Source: Blastocatellia bacterium (GTDB taxonomy: Bacteria; Acidobacteriota; Blastocatellia; Pyrinomonadales; Pyrinomonadaceae). From it: a stretch of 64,000 nucleotides of DNA. Position 1 is the stretch's first letter. Every line of letters starts with the position of its first letter. Position numbers and translations under genes: made by a program. The notes beneath the pieces were generated by a model. The model had not been told where the DNA came from. It was given only the letters and a program-made list of their open reading frames with translations, and made no database searches. The stretch covers positions 171,488 to 235,487 of the forward strand of contig CAVXVF010000003.1 of NCBI GenBank assembly GCA_963765045.1, written 5' to 3'. Shown in pieces: positions 48,354 to 57,186 of this stretch.

Positions 48354-48641
48354 ATGTACGGCCTGAAAAATGATATGCGAATAATAAAGCAGATTAATAG
48401 GATTCAAGAGTTATTGTTTACATCTCCGTCTAAGATTCCCCAAATCTTTCACATGTATCCATCTCTATTATTGTTGATCGGTATAAGTATTTTAGGGACG
48501 TCGGCCCTTGGATTCTTTTGGGCAATAGGCCATGAAAAAAATATCATTCTCTTCGCTTTGTCTATTGTCTTATTCTTGTTAAGCATTTCAATTCTGATTT
48601 CGTATTGGCGAATTTACCATTGTAAGCATCCAGTAAAATAG
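48354..48641 (+). CDS. Putative immunity protein 3 (2-TM membrane protein)
   Basis: MYGLKNDMRIIKQ... with helices YPSLLLLIGISILGTSALGFFWAI and IILFALSIVLFLLSISILISYW. AT-rich, and lies downstream of toxin tip 3. Confidence 0.55.
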   Translation: MYGLKNDMRIIKQINRIQELLFTSPSKIPQIFHMYPSLLLLIGISILGTSALGFFWAIGHEKNIILFALSIVLFLLSISILISYWRIYHCKHPVK

Positions 48642-48721
48642 TACCAGACAGAATTACCGTTTCCGTTCAGAATAGGAAGGAAAATGACGAGGAGTAAGAT
48701 CCGTATTCGAAACATTGCCGT

Positions 48722-49657
48722 TCATTGGACATTCTTGTCGTAGATGTCGTGAAGAACTTCGGTGATGGGCTTGCGGTCGGCGAACGGGTCTTTCTTTAGT
48801 TTTTTCGAATTGTTCTTTTCTTCGTGTCGATGGGAAGCCCCGGAAGTTCTCGCTGTAGCTTTGTCGAAGGCTTCGAACGTAGTGTCGGTCACGCTTCGCC
48901 GTGGCTGGACTTGCGAGTGTTCGGGAAGAACCTGAACGTCGTTGAGATCAGTGTTTTGAGAGCCATTAGTGTGCGTGTTCTTCGCGTAAATAGTGCGGCT
49001 TTCTTCGAGAAGAGCTTTGCCGCGAAGCTTACGGGCACGTTCCAAAGCGCGGATAGATGCAGATGTCAGCGGAGCATCGGCCGGATCGCGTTCGATCTTC
49101 CGTAGCACCTTTACATAATTTCTCAGCTCCGGCGATGGATAAACGTAGGAGGTCTCGTTGGCAGTATCATTTTCGATGACGTGCGAAAGGCAGTTGATGG
49201 CGGACTGATGATCGCCGGCTTTGTGGTAAAGAGCTCCGAGCGCGAAATAGACTAGCGGCGGAGCACCGCTCATCCTGTTCAATATCGCCTCACCACGGGC
49301 GATCGAATCCTTTATTTCAAAACCGAACCAGTTGCGGCCGTCATCACGGAGCATTTCGTTGGCGGACAGATAAAATTCGAAGATGTCGCGGGTCTCGTTC
49401 CTCGTGCCCGATGCGAACATCTTGAATAGGAAATAAGCGAAAACTCCGAAAAAGAAGATAACAAACACCGGAAAGCCCGCCACCAAAAGCATCGACGCGA
49501 CAACGCCAAAGGCAATGAAATATTGACCTTTTTCCTTTATCGAACCAGGTGCTTTTTTTTGTATCTTGTTCTCGTTCACAGATAATAAGTGCAGTCCAAA
49601 AAATTGAGTCAAGCGAATCTGACGGAAATATTCTTTCGTCTTGTTCATCTGTTCCAT
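48722..49657 (-). CDS. Hypothetical membrane protein with TPR-like helical domain
   Basis: 311 aa. TM pair (YFIAFGVVASMLLVAGFPVFVIFFFGVFAYFLF) and a helical C-terminal part. Its first codons lie inside the left arm of the 49640-49716 hairpin element. Confidence 0.55.
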   Translation of the reverse strand: MEQMNKTKEYFRQIRLTQFFGLHLLSVNENKIQKKAPGSIKEKGQYFIAFGVVASMLLVAGFPVFVIFFFGVFAYFLFKMFASGTRNETRDIFEFYLSANEMLRDDGRNWFGFEIKDSIARGEAILNRMSGAPPLVYFALGALYHKAGDHQSAINCLSHVIENDTANETSYVYPSPELRNYVKVLRKIERDPADAPLTSASIRALERARKLRGKALLEESRTIYAKNTHTNGSQNTDLNDVQVLPEHSQVQPRRSVTDTTFEAFDKATARTSGASHRHEEKNNSKKLKKDPFADRKPITEVLHDIYDKNVQ

Positions 49658-49716
49658 TTCATCTTGATCAGTGGTTATGATTTAAATCCGACCACGGATC
49701 AAGAGGAACGGAACGA
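49640..49716 (+). repeat. Long imperfect hairpin element with core agtggttatgatttaaatccgaccacgga (49670-49698)
   Basis: tcttgatc(a)gtggt...accac(g)gatcaaga forms an extended stem. The core matches 37491-37519 at 27/29 positions. Confidence 0.7.
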
Positions 49717-49848
49717 AAAAGAGGGTTTGAACGGCTTTGGCTTAAATTCTTTTTTGAATTTTCATAAGTACCCATGAGTAGATCCCCTTTCCAGACATTA
49801 CTCGCCAGCTCGCGGCTTTGATTCGCTCTTTAGTAATGTCCTATTGCC

Positions 49849-49892
49849 TCTCAGCGTTCTCTGCGAGATCTCGGCTACCTCAGCGTTAAAAT
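49849..49892 (+). repeat. Single copy of the REP-like unit seen at 27836-27950
   Basis: ctcagcgttctctgcgagatctcggctacctcagcgttaaaatc aligns with ctttgcgttctttgcggaattcctttgcgacctctgcgttaaaat. Confidence 0.6.
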
Positions 49893-49986
49893 CGATCTAA
49901 TGAGAAAAACGCGTCCGCCGAGAAAGATGTTTGTGATTTCATATCGGCTAGGTGGCTAGGTCCCACAAAGACAAAAGTTTTAGGCA

Positions 49987-50604
49987 CTACCCGCTTTCCG
50001 GCCTTGATGTCTTAGGTCTGGCCGAAGATTTGGGTTTAGCTTTCTTCGCTGCCGGTTCGTGTTCTTTTGGCCGTGCCGACTTTTTGCTGTCTTCTTCTTT
50101 TTTTAGGCCAAACTCGGCCATCACATCCATCACTTTATCGAAGACCAAATAGGGCGAATTCATTACAAAAGAAACTGTTTCGCTGAGGGCTATTGCCTCA
50201 AGCTGGACCAGAGTTGCTATCTTTTTTTCCAATGGCAATTCGGCAAAATCCTTTTTGTATTGCTCGGTTTGCTCTTCTGTATTTGGTTCATCGGCGGCTT
50301 TGTCTTTTTTCTCAGTAGTCATAATAACTAAATCTCCAGCAGTTTGAATTTTGGCCTGACATGCAAGTCTTTCATTAGTCTTACGCCCGTGAGCCGAGAA
50401 ATGTTCTGTTTCGACCGCGGTCAACGGTGATAATTTGTCCGAGCCGCTAACGACTAAAAGCGAACAGAAATGGATGTCTTCAGCCTGCACGCAGTCTTCG
50501 TCAAATCTAATACCGAATCGCTTTGCGGCGTCCGCCAGATAGCTGCCGACCGCGACAATTCCCTCGCGACCTTCGCGCTCGAATGTAATTTGTGCCACTG
50601 ACAT
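49987..50604 (-). CDS. Ferredoxin-fold-like protein with incomplete Cys ligand set and Lys-rich tail
   Basis: The N-terminus ITFEREGREGIVAVGSYLADAAKRFGI..C.(8).C...RLACQAKI resembles plant-type 2Fe-2S ferredoxins, but only 3 Cys are present. Lies 16 nt downstream of fur. Confidence 0.45.
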   Translation of the reverse strand: MSVAQITFEREGREGIVAVGSYLADAAKRFGIRFDEDCVQAEDIHFCSLLVVSGSDKLSPLTAVETEHFSAHGRKTNERLACQAKIQTAGDLVIMTTEKKDKAADEPNTEEQTEQYKKDFAELPLEKKIATLVQLEAIALSETVSFVMNSPYLVFDKVMDVMAEFGLKKEEDSKKSARPKEHEPAAKKAKPKSSARPKTSRPESG

Positions 50605-50620
50605 AACCAATCCCTCTTGT

Positions 50621-51142
50621 TCAATTACCACTGACCGATCTCATTCGAACACGCGGCTGCGCACCGGATGGAGCACTCTGCGTTTCCATTCCCTTCTTTT
50701 GACAGTCCGAACATTCTCCCCATATTCGCAAACTGTGATGCGTCGGACGGAAGCCGAGTTTGTCCGCCATTTCATCCTGCATCGTTTCGATTCCCTGCGA
50801 AAAGAACTCGATAACCTTACCGCATCCGGTACAGATCATATGGTCGTGATGATCGTGGTTGTAATGATGCTCGTAATAGGTTTTGTTATCGCCGAACCGT
50901 ACTTCGCGTGCGAGCCCGGCTTCGGTCAACAATTTCAGTGTGCGGTAAACGGTCGTGTGCCCGACGGTCGGATCGTCTTTTTGTACAAGCCAATAGAGGT
51001 CTTCGCTCGTAAGGTGGTCCTCGATCCGAAGAAAGATGTCCATTATCAAGTCACGCTGAGCGGTGCGGCGAAGCCCCGCTTTCTGGATATGCTCCAGGAA
51101 GATTTCCCTCTCTTTCGTGAAGTCTTGCTTTTTCTTAGCCAT
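50621..51142 (-). CDS. fur: Fur family transcriptional regulator
   Basis: [41 protein letters not shown], ...CSDC. Confidence 0.88.
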   Translation of the reverse strand: MAKKKQDFTKEREIFLEHIQKAGLRRTAQRDLIMDIFLRIEDHLTSEDLYWLVQKDDPTVGHTTVYRTLKLLTEAGLAREVRFGDNKTYYEHHYNHDHHDHMICTGCGKVIEFFSQGIETMQDEMADKLGFRPTHHSLRIWGECSDCQKKGMETQSAPSGAQPRVRMRSVSGN

Positions 51143-51167
51143 ATTTCCTGACTTGTCTGAGCCCATT

Positions 51168-52054
51168 TTAGCATTTGACAGAGCGTAGCGCTAACTTTAT
51201 ACCTTCCCGAAGTTTCTGAACACTTTCGGACGGTTGCCCAACGCTTTCGGCAAGATCGAGTGACCGGCTGCCCAGCTCAAGATAGATGCGAATGATCTCA
51301 TCCGGAACATTTTTGGACAACGCAATCAAATGCCTTTCAAAAGCCGCGTCGTCCGCTCTGGCAAATGTGCCGGTCAAAGCCTTTGCATTGCTCTGATTTT
51401 CGAGATTCTCGACCGTGCTTTTTATCAACGGCATCAATATCCGCTTCGCCTCGTCTGGCCCAATTCCACATTTCGAAAGCGTTTCAGACGCAATGTCGAT
51501 CAATGCGACGAGATGGCCCGAAGCCGTCACCGCCGCCGCGTGATAAAGCGACTTAAACCTGGTTTCGATCGAAAACCCGTTGCCTCCTAGTTTTCCAACC
51601 ATATCTTTTGCCGCAGCCACGGCCTCATTTTGACCCTCGATACAGAAAAAGGCTCCAGCAAAGCGCTCGCTTCCGCGGATCGGATCGCTTATCGACACAA
51701 GCGGGTGCATCGACCCGGTCAAGCAGCCAGCATCGGCAAGGTCAGAAAGAATATCGGAGGAAAGCGATCCGCTTGCGTGAAAAACCAGCGGCCTTATTAC
51801 TTGTTTTTGAAGAAAGCCGAGAAGAAATTGCTTCGATGTCTGGATCTGCCGAGGTGATAAATATAGCGTTGGAAGCCAGATTTTGCAGATCATCGAAAGC
51901 AATCAAATTTGGCGAAGGTGAGATCAGTCCCGCGATCTCTTCCGGCACATTCGACCGGTATACTGAGATTCTCAACCTGATAACCTGCTCGCGAAAGAGC
52001 AAGTGCAAGCGCACCGCCGAGACGTCCGATTCCAACAATGGATACGCTTTGCAT
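51168..52054 (-). pseudogene. Rossmann-like/DUF2520 family protein with two frameshifts (~51955-51975 and ~51800-51825)
   Basis: Three frames join as follows: MQSVSIVGIGRLGGALALALSRAGYQVENL, then YRSNVPEEIAGLISPS..ITSADPDIEAISSRLS, then LQKQVIRPLVFHASGSL...LTGTFARADDAAFERHLIAL. The second shift is at an A5/T5 run. Confidence 0.75.
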
Positions 52055-52132
52055 ACCAAAGAATATAGCGGAAACGGTTGAAAGTTAAAACTCGATCTCG
52101 TTGGACGGTGAAGCGGCAAACGTTCTGGAAGC

Positions 52133-55100
52133 TTAAATATTTACTGAAACGGCGTCATCGGCAAATTCGTCCAACAATCCGCCGGAGCTTGTATGAATAT
52201 CCGAACCCGATTCGTCTTTCTTAAATATTTCACGAAGAATTTTTAACTGAAGATCGCTAAAAGGCGGAATGTCTTTGCCTTTTTTCAATGAACTTAGCAA
52301 TTGCTTCGAAGCGTCGCTAAGTTCTTGATCGGCAGTTTCGTCCGATAGGAACTCGAGCGATCTGATCAGATCTTCACTGTTTTTGACTAAGGATTTACGG
52401 AAGGACTTCAAGCCCGAGCTAATTGTGTCATTGAGAGCTTTTGGCAAATTGGCGGAATAGGAACTCTTGTTCAGCGAGAACGTGCAAAGACAGAACGGAT
52501 GCCGGTCCAGGACCTGTCTGGTATCGACTCTGCAATCGAGTTCGGCAATCCGGCGGCGATATTCGTTCGCATTATTCGATACGGCTGCGTCAAAGATCGA
52601 CGTCTCTGAAAGCATGTCGAATTCCCACCACTCGTCACTCCGCAGCGTTTCATTCAATTGAGCTTTTGCCTCGGGAGCCTTCATTACAGCCGTGTGCCGC
52701 TCGTCGAAATAATCTGAAAATTCCTGCTTGAATTTCTCCCATACTTCGCTCAATTGGCGGTTGATGGAGTCGCTCGGTTGAGCATAAGCGGCATCGGTCA
52801 ACGCAAATATTGTTTCTCTTAATTGCTCGATATTCGGGTCCTGCGTTATTTCGCAAGCCGCCAGATAAGACCTGATCTCATCACGCAGCCTGGCACCCTT
52901 CGTAAAGCTCGAAAGAACCTGAAAGCCTGCCTCGCAAGCCTTAAACTCTGTTTCCGAATCGGAGAATGCATCGGCAATGCTGTTAAGACAATCTTCAAGC
53001 GGCATCGAACCAATAGATGCGCCTTCAATCGATTCGGCAACCGATCCAAACGTTTTCGAAATCCGTGCAGCAAGCTGCCAAATCCGAACGTTCAAAACAT
53101 CGTCGGGCAATTGTATGAATTGCTCGAGAAGCCGGGAATCATTCCACTTCTCTGTCCAATCGGCAAATGCTGCCTGCAAAGCTTCCCTGTCCTCGGCCCG
53201 ATCAAGCGATTTGAACTCGCCTACTTTTACGAACATGGCCGCCCAGCGCTTTAATTTCTTAGCGGAAATAACGCTTTCTATCGGCTTAGCGATCCCGACG
53301 ATGTCATCCCAAATAATCTTCAGATCGAGAGATCTGTGGTTAATGCGATTTCCGGAGGAGGTGACAAATTCGACCTGGCGTTGAGCGACCAGCGCCGTTA
53401 ATACAATCTGTTGAGCTTCGCGTACCAGCCCGACCGGAGCTTTGCTCATTTGAGCACAAACTGCATTTATGGCAACCGGCTCCGCTCCCTTGGCCGCGAC
53501 AAGACCTAGTAATTCTGCCACGATCGGCTGCGCGGCAACTTTTTCTACAGACTCAGGAACGAACGATGTTCCTTCGTGCCGGACCAGCCCAAGCGGAAAT
53601 GCGAAAGTCTGAGCCCGGCTTTGGACGTCTGGGAGGTCTTGGCGCGTTCCGTTATAAAGATCGGTGACGATCGATGCAACGTCGATATTATCGAGAGTTT
53701 TTGTAAAGTATGGATGTGCCGAATAGCGCGTCTCAAACAAGGGTTCGAGCATCGCCGAGAACAACTCTGACAATGTCGGGGCCGATCTTGCCTCTTCGGT
53801 AAAGTTATAATCGAATCCGTCGATCACCAGCTTGCCGTCATCCAGAAAAACACGGTTTACTATTTTTTCTACGGCGATCGAATGTGCGTGGACCGATGCT
53901 CGAATCTGATCGCTAAACTTTTCCTGGAGATCGGCGTTCGAGCTTAACGCATGATAGCTGCGTATCTTGTCGATTTCATCCGGGCGAAGAACGTCCGGCT
54001 TCCAAATGACCCGTGCCACGTCTCCTGTTGTTTCCGGTTGGATAAATGCTCCGTTTTGCAGATCGATGATCACTTCCCAATCCGTGGCATCGAATGCCGA
54101 AGCCGGAGTTTCTGTTACCGCCGCTTCAAGTGTTGAATTCCACAAAATGCGTCCGCGACGAATTCCACCACGCCAAACGATCTCGGTGTCCACGCAGATT
54201 TCGTCAGATACTTCTGAACCAGACGCTGAACTCGCAAAGCGTTCCTGAAACACTCGCCGCACGATCCCCGGAACCGTGTCATCCGAAATATCTTTTAAGG
54301 CTTCGGCAAGTGCATTGTTAAGGTTTTCCTTGCTGCTAACCTTAAAGCAGTAACGAGATTCGACACCAGCCTCGGAAAATACGTTGAAATCCTCCGGCAG
54401 CGCTTCCGCAAAAGTTTTGAGGAGATCCTCGACGGTTTTTCCGGCTTTGGCTGGATCAGATTCTTCGAAGATCAACACCGACGCACAAATATCGTTGGCG
54501 GTCGCTCCTTGTCCATCGAGCGAGAGCAGCAGCAGAGCCTTTAATATTAGCTTCGCCTGCAGACGCTGCATTACCGGTATCTTGCTGACGACACTTGCGT
54601 TTAGCTTGTCATACGCGGCGAACGCCTCACTGAGATCTTCGATCTTTCGCAGACCGGCCTCGGCATTGTCGTAAACTTCGTCAAGCGCGATCAGAGAGTT
54701 CGATGGACGGCCCATGATCCGTTCGCCCGCCTCGGACGCAAAACCGAGCAAGGCAAAATCATGCACGTACAGCCTGACGTAAGGTGCAATTTCCAGAATC
54801 GCGGGGTGCAGCGGGTAAAGCGAGGTAAATTTTTGCTCGCTCCAACGGAAACTCGGCAGGACCTCCCGAAAATAAGCATAAATATCATGCAGAACCGGCT
54901 GCATCTGGTTATGTTTCGGGAAAATATGCGAGTTTACGACCTTGTAAAGATGTGCCTGATCGAGGTAGTCGATCGAAAAAGACCGGACGATGGCAGAGTT
55001 TGAACCGTCGGCTCCGGCAATGTCGTCATCAAGGGCCACTCCGACAAAAACGTTCAACTTCTTTGCCGCCTCGCCGATCTCGCTTAAAAACTCACCGTCA

Positions 55101-55636
55101 TCGCGGGCAACGCGTGCTCCACGCTCGAATGCCGTGTCGATCAATAATATGAAAGCACTTTCACCGCATTTTTCAGCGGCGACTGTCAAAATGTTTTCGT
55201 ATGACGTTTCATCCTGCGACGATTCAATGCCAAATGCTTTGGAAATGGCGGACTTCAGCTCTTCGATAAGCGTTGGGTGGGTTCCGCGACGCAAATAAGC
55301 AACCGAGTAATGCCGCCTCTGGAGTCTCTGTGCGCTAAATGCCACGTGTGACTCGGAAACGCGACTGCGATGCTCCGGGTTTGCTGCAATTGCCCCAAGT
55401 GTTGCCAGAAAATGACTTTTACCGACACCGCGATAGCCAGCAAGAGCATAAGCGGCACCTTTACCGCTTTGGACAGATGAAATTCCGTCAAGCCACTTAG
55501 CCATCAGGTCAGATGTTGCATCGGTAAAATGATAATTGCTTAACGTTTCCGCTGGATCAACAATGAAATCACGTATGCTGTTATACGGTCGAACCTCGAC
55601 TATATCTTTTACTTTTTCCTGAATTCGTTTCATCAA
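52133..55636 (-). CDS. Large stand-alone P-loop ATPase, BrxC/PglY-like (DUF499/DUF6079-type) architecture
   Basis: 1167 aa. Walker A GYRGVGKSHF, Walker B-like AFILLIDTAF, an LYPLHPAILE motif, long helical middle and C-terminal regions, and a CRVDTRQVLDRHPFCLCTF Cys cluster near the C-terminus. Confidence 0.6.
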   Translation of the reverse strand: MMKRIQEKVKDIVEVRPYNSIRDFIVDPAETLSNYHFTDATSDLMAKWLDGISSVQSGKGAAYALAGYRGVGKSHFLATLGAIAANPEHRSRVSESHVAFSAQRLQRRHYSVAYLRRGTHPTLIEELKSAISKAFGIESSQDETSYENILTVAAEKCGESAFILLIDTAFERGARVARDDGEFLSEIGEAAKKLNVFVGVALDDDIAGADGSNSAIVRSFSIDYLDQAHLYKVVNSHIFPKHNQMQPVLHDIYAYFREVLPSFRWSEQKFTSLYPLHPAILEIAPYVRLYVHDFALLGFASEAGERIMGRPSNSLIALDEVYDNAEAGLRKIEDLSEAFAAYDKLNASVVSKIPVMQRLQAKLILKALLLLSLDGQGATANDICASVLIFEESDPAKAGKTVEDLLKTFAEALPEDFNVFSEAGVESRYCFKVSSKENLNNALAEALKDISDDTVPGIVRRVFQERFASSASGSEVSDEICVDTEIVWRGGIRRGRILWNSTLEAAVTETPASAFDATDWEVIIDLQNGAFIQPETTGDVARVIWKPDVLRPDEIDKIRSYHALSSNADLQEKFSDQIRASVHAHSIAVEKIVNRVFLDDGKLVIDGFDYNFTEEARSAPTLSELFSAMLEPLFETRYSAHPYFTKTLDNIDVASIVTDLYNGTRQDLPDVQSRAQTFAFPLGLVRHEGTSFVPESVEKVAAQPIVAELLGLVAAKGAEPVAINAVCAQMSKAPVGLVREAQQIVLTALVAQRQVEFVTSSGNRINHRSLDLKIIWDDIVGIAKPIESVISAKKLKRWAAMFVKVGEFKSLDRAEDREALQAAFADWTEKWNDSRLLEQFIQLPDDVLNVRIWQLAARISKTFGSVAESIEGASIGSMPLEDCLNSIADAFSDSETEFKACEAGFQVLSSFTKGARLRDEIRSYLAACEITQDPNIEQLRETIFALTDAAYAQPSDSINRQLSEVWEKFKQEFSDYFDERHTAVMKAPEAKAQLNETLRSDEWWEFDMLSETSIFDAAVSNNANEYRRRIAELDCRVDTRQVLDRHPFCLCTFSLNKSSYSANLPKALNDTISSGLKSFRKSLVKNSEDLIRSLEFLSDETADQELSDASKQLLSSLKKGKDIPPFSDLQLKILREIFKKDESGSDIHTSSGGLLDEFADDAVSVNI

Positions 55637-55922
55637 TTATCGAAGTAAGGCTGGAAACCAGCAGCCGTTTGCTGGGCCGCTAGTTGGGAACTTTTGACGC
55701 GGAAGCGAGTGCTTTCACAAGCTTTGCAGTAACACTTTAACAATTTTTACGCTTAAACAAAAGGTTTTTCCTTACTTTTTTTACAGAATGATATTGTGTA
55801 ACAAAGATTTTTTTACCAATCACAACTATTTTATTGGTGTCTGCATCATAGATTATGTTGATTTTACCGCGTAACAGGTTATGATTAGACAGTTCCCTTT
55901 TGATTATTTTCGGAGGCAATTA

Positions 55923-57107
55923 ATGCGTAAGAATTCAATTCGCAAATCTAGTGCGTTCCTGCTTATTTTAGCTCTTTACTTAACTTCGGTTTCCTTTTTG
56001 CAGACTGGCGTAGCGGCACAGACCACCAGCGATAAAAAGGCTCCCGCTAAAAACGCCAAGACTAAGGCCACAAAAGCTGAACCGACGCCGACACCTCAGC
56101 CCGCGGGCCCGAAGCCGCTTGCCGTTAAGGAAGATCCATCCCAGATCGGTAAACGAAAAATTAATAATGGCTCTGACAAACTTTTCGGCTGGCTTGGCGG
56201 TTCGCAGGAGAAGGAGATAGCACTTGGCCGTCAGCTTGCCGCACAGGTCGAACAGCAGGCGAAGATGGTCGAAGATCCGATTGTTACGGAATATATCAAT
56301 CGCATCGGCCAAAATGTAGTGCTGCACTCGGACGCCAAAGTGCCGTTCACTATCAAAGTGATCGACAGCGACGAGGTCAATGCATTTGCATTGCCCGGCG
56401 GATTCTTTTTTGTACATAAGGGATTGATTCTCGCGGCTGACAACGAAGCTGAGTTGGCCGGTGTGATGGCCCATGAAATTGCCCACGTCGCGGCTCGTCA
56501 TGCGATGGAAAATCAGGGCAAAGGCACGCTTATTAATTACGGAGCTTTGGCCGGCATAATTTTTGGCGGGCCGATTGTGAGTACCATTTTGCAGAACGGC
56601 GGTGGAATAATGGCCGGTCTCGCGGGGCTGAAATTCACGCGCGGAGCCGAAGTGGAAGCGGACAGCCTCGGTGTGCAATATTTGTACGCTTCTGGCTACG
56701 ATCCGACTGCTATGTCGACGATGTTCGAGAAATTAGCGTCGAAAAACAAGAAAAAGCCGGGTACCATCCAAAAATTGTTCTCTTCGCACCCGCAATCGAT
56801 TGATCGCCGCGACTCAAGCCTTGCTTTAGTGTCTCGTTTTGCAGAAAAGGAAGAGTACGTTATCAGCACCTCTGAATTCAATCGCGTGAAAGGCCATCTG
56901 TTGAAAATCACGAACGCAAAGGCCGGAATCACGACGGACTTTGACGAGGAAGACAATGCAAAGCCGACGCTCAAGAAACGTCAGCCGGATGCAGTCGATG
57001 GCGACTCGAGCGATTCCGACGGCTCGTCCAGCTCGTCGTCTGATGGGCCGCCCAAACTAAAGAAGCGCGATATCGAACCGGAGCCTTCACCGACTCCGAA
57101 ACCGTAA
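55923..57107 (+). CDS. M48 family metallopeptidase (BepA/Ste24-like), secreted
   Basis: Signal peptide, HEIAHVAARH (HExxH), and a downstream E..AD ligand region. Low-complexity acidic/Ser tail. Confidence 0.85.
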   Translation: MRKNSIRKSSAFLLILALYLTSVSFLQTGVAAQTTSDKKAPAKNAKTKATKAEPTPTPQPAGPKPLAVKEDPSQIGKRKINNGSDKLFGWLGGSQEKEIALGRQLAAQVEQQAKMVEDPIVTEYINRIGQNVVLHSDAKVPFTIKVIDSDEVNAFALPGGFFFVHKGLILAADNEAELAGVMAHEIAHVAARHAMENQGKGTLINYGALAGIIFGGPIVSTILQNGGGIMAGLAGLKFTRGAEVEADSLGVQYLYASGYDPTAMSTMFEKLASKNKKKPGTIQKLFSSHPQSIDRRDSSLALVSRFAEKEEYVISTSEFNRVKGHLLKITNAKAGITTDFDEEDNAKPTLKKRQPDAVDGDSSDSDGSSSSSSDGPPKLKKRDIEPEPSPTPKP

Positions 57108-57134
57108 GCGTTTAGTCTCAATAATCAATAAAAA

Positions 57135-57170
57135 GGCGGTCCGTAATTGGGCCGCTTTTTTTTGGTTTTT
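57135..57170. terminator. Bidirectional rho-independent terminator
   Basis: ggcggtcc / gggccgct stem with a gtaatt loop, followed by an 8-T run and preceded by an A-run. Confidence 0.75.
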
Positions 57171-57186
57171 ACAATGTCGCCGAATT

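Noticed and set aside
36348-49716. Prophage or integrative conjugative element
   Set aside because: Only a ~110-nt integrase remnant is present. There are no capsid, tail, terminase, relaxase or T4SS genes, so this is an rhs toxin island rather than a phage or ICE.
55737-55919. 60-aa ORF upstream of the ATPase as a partner gene
   Set aside because: It has only a TTG start, lies in an AT-rich divergent promoter region 4 nt from the M48 start codon, and has no motif. It is probably non-coding.
51168-57107. Complete BREX locus around the large ATPase
   Set aside because: The flanking genes are a DUF2520-like gene, fur and an M48 peptidase. No PglX methyltransferase, PglZ, BrxL, BrxA or BrxB candidates are present.
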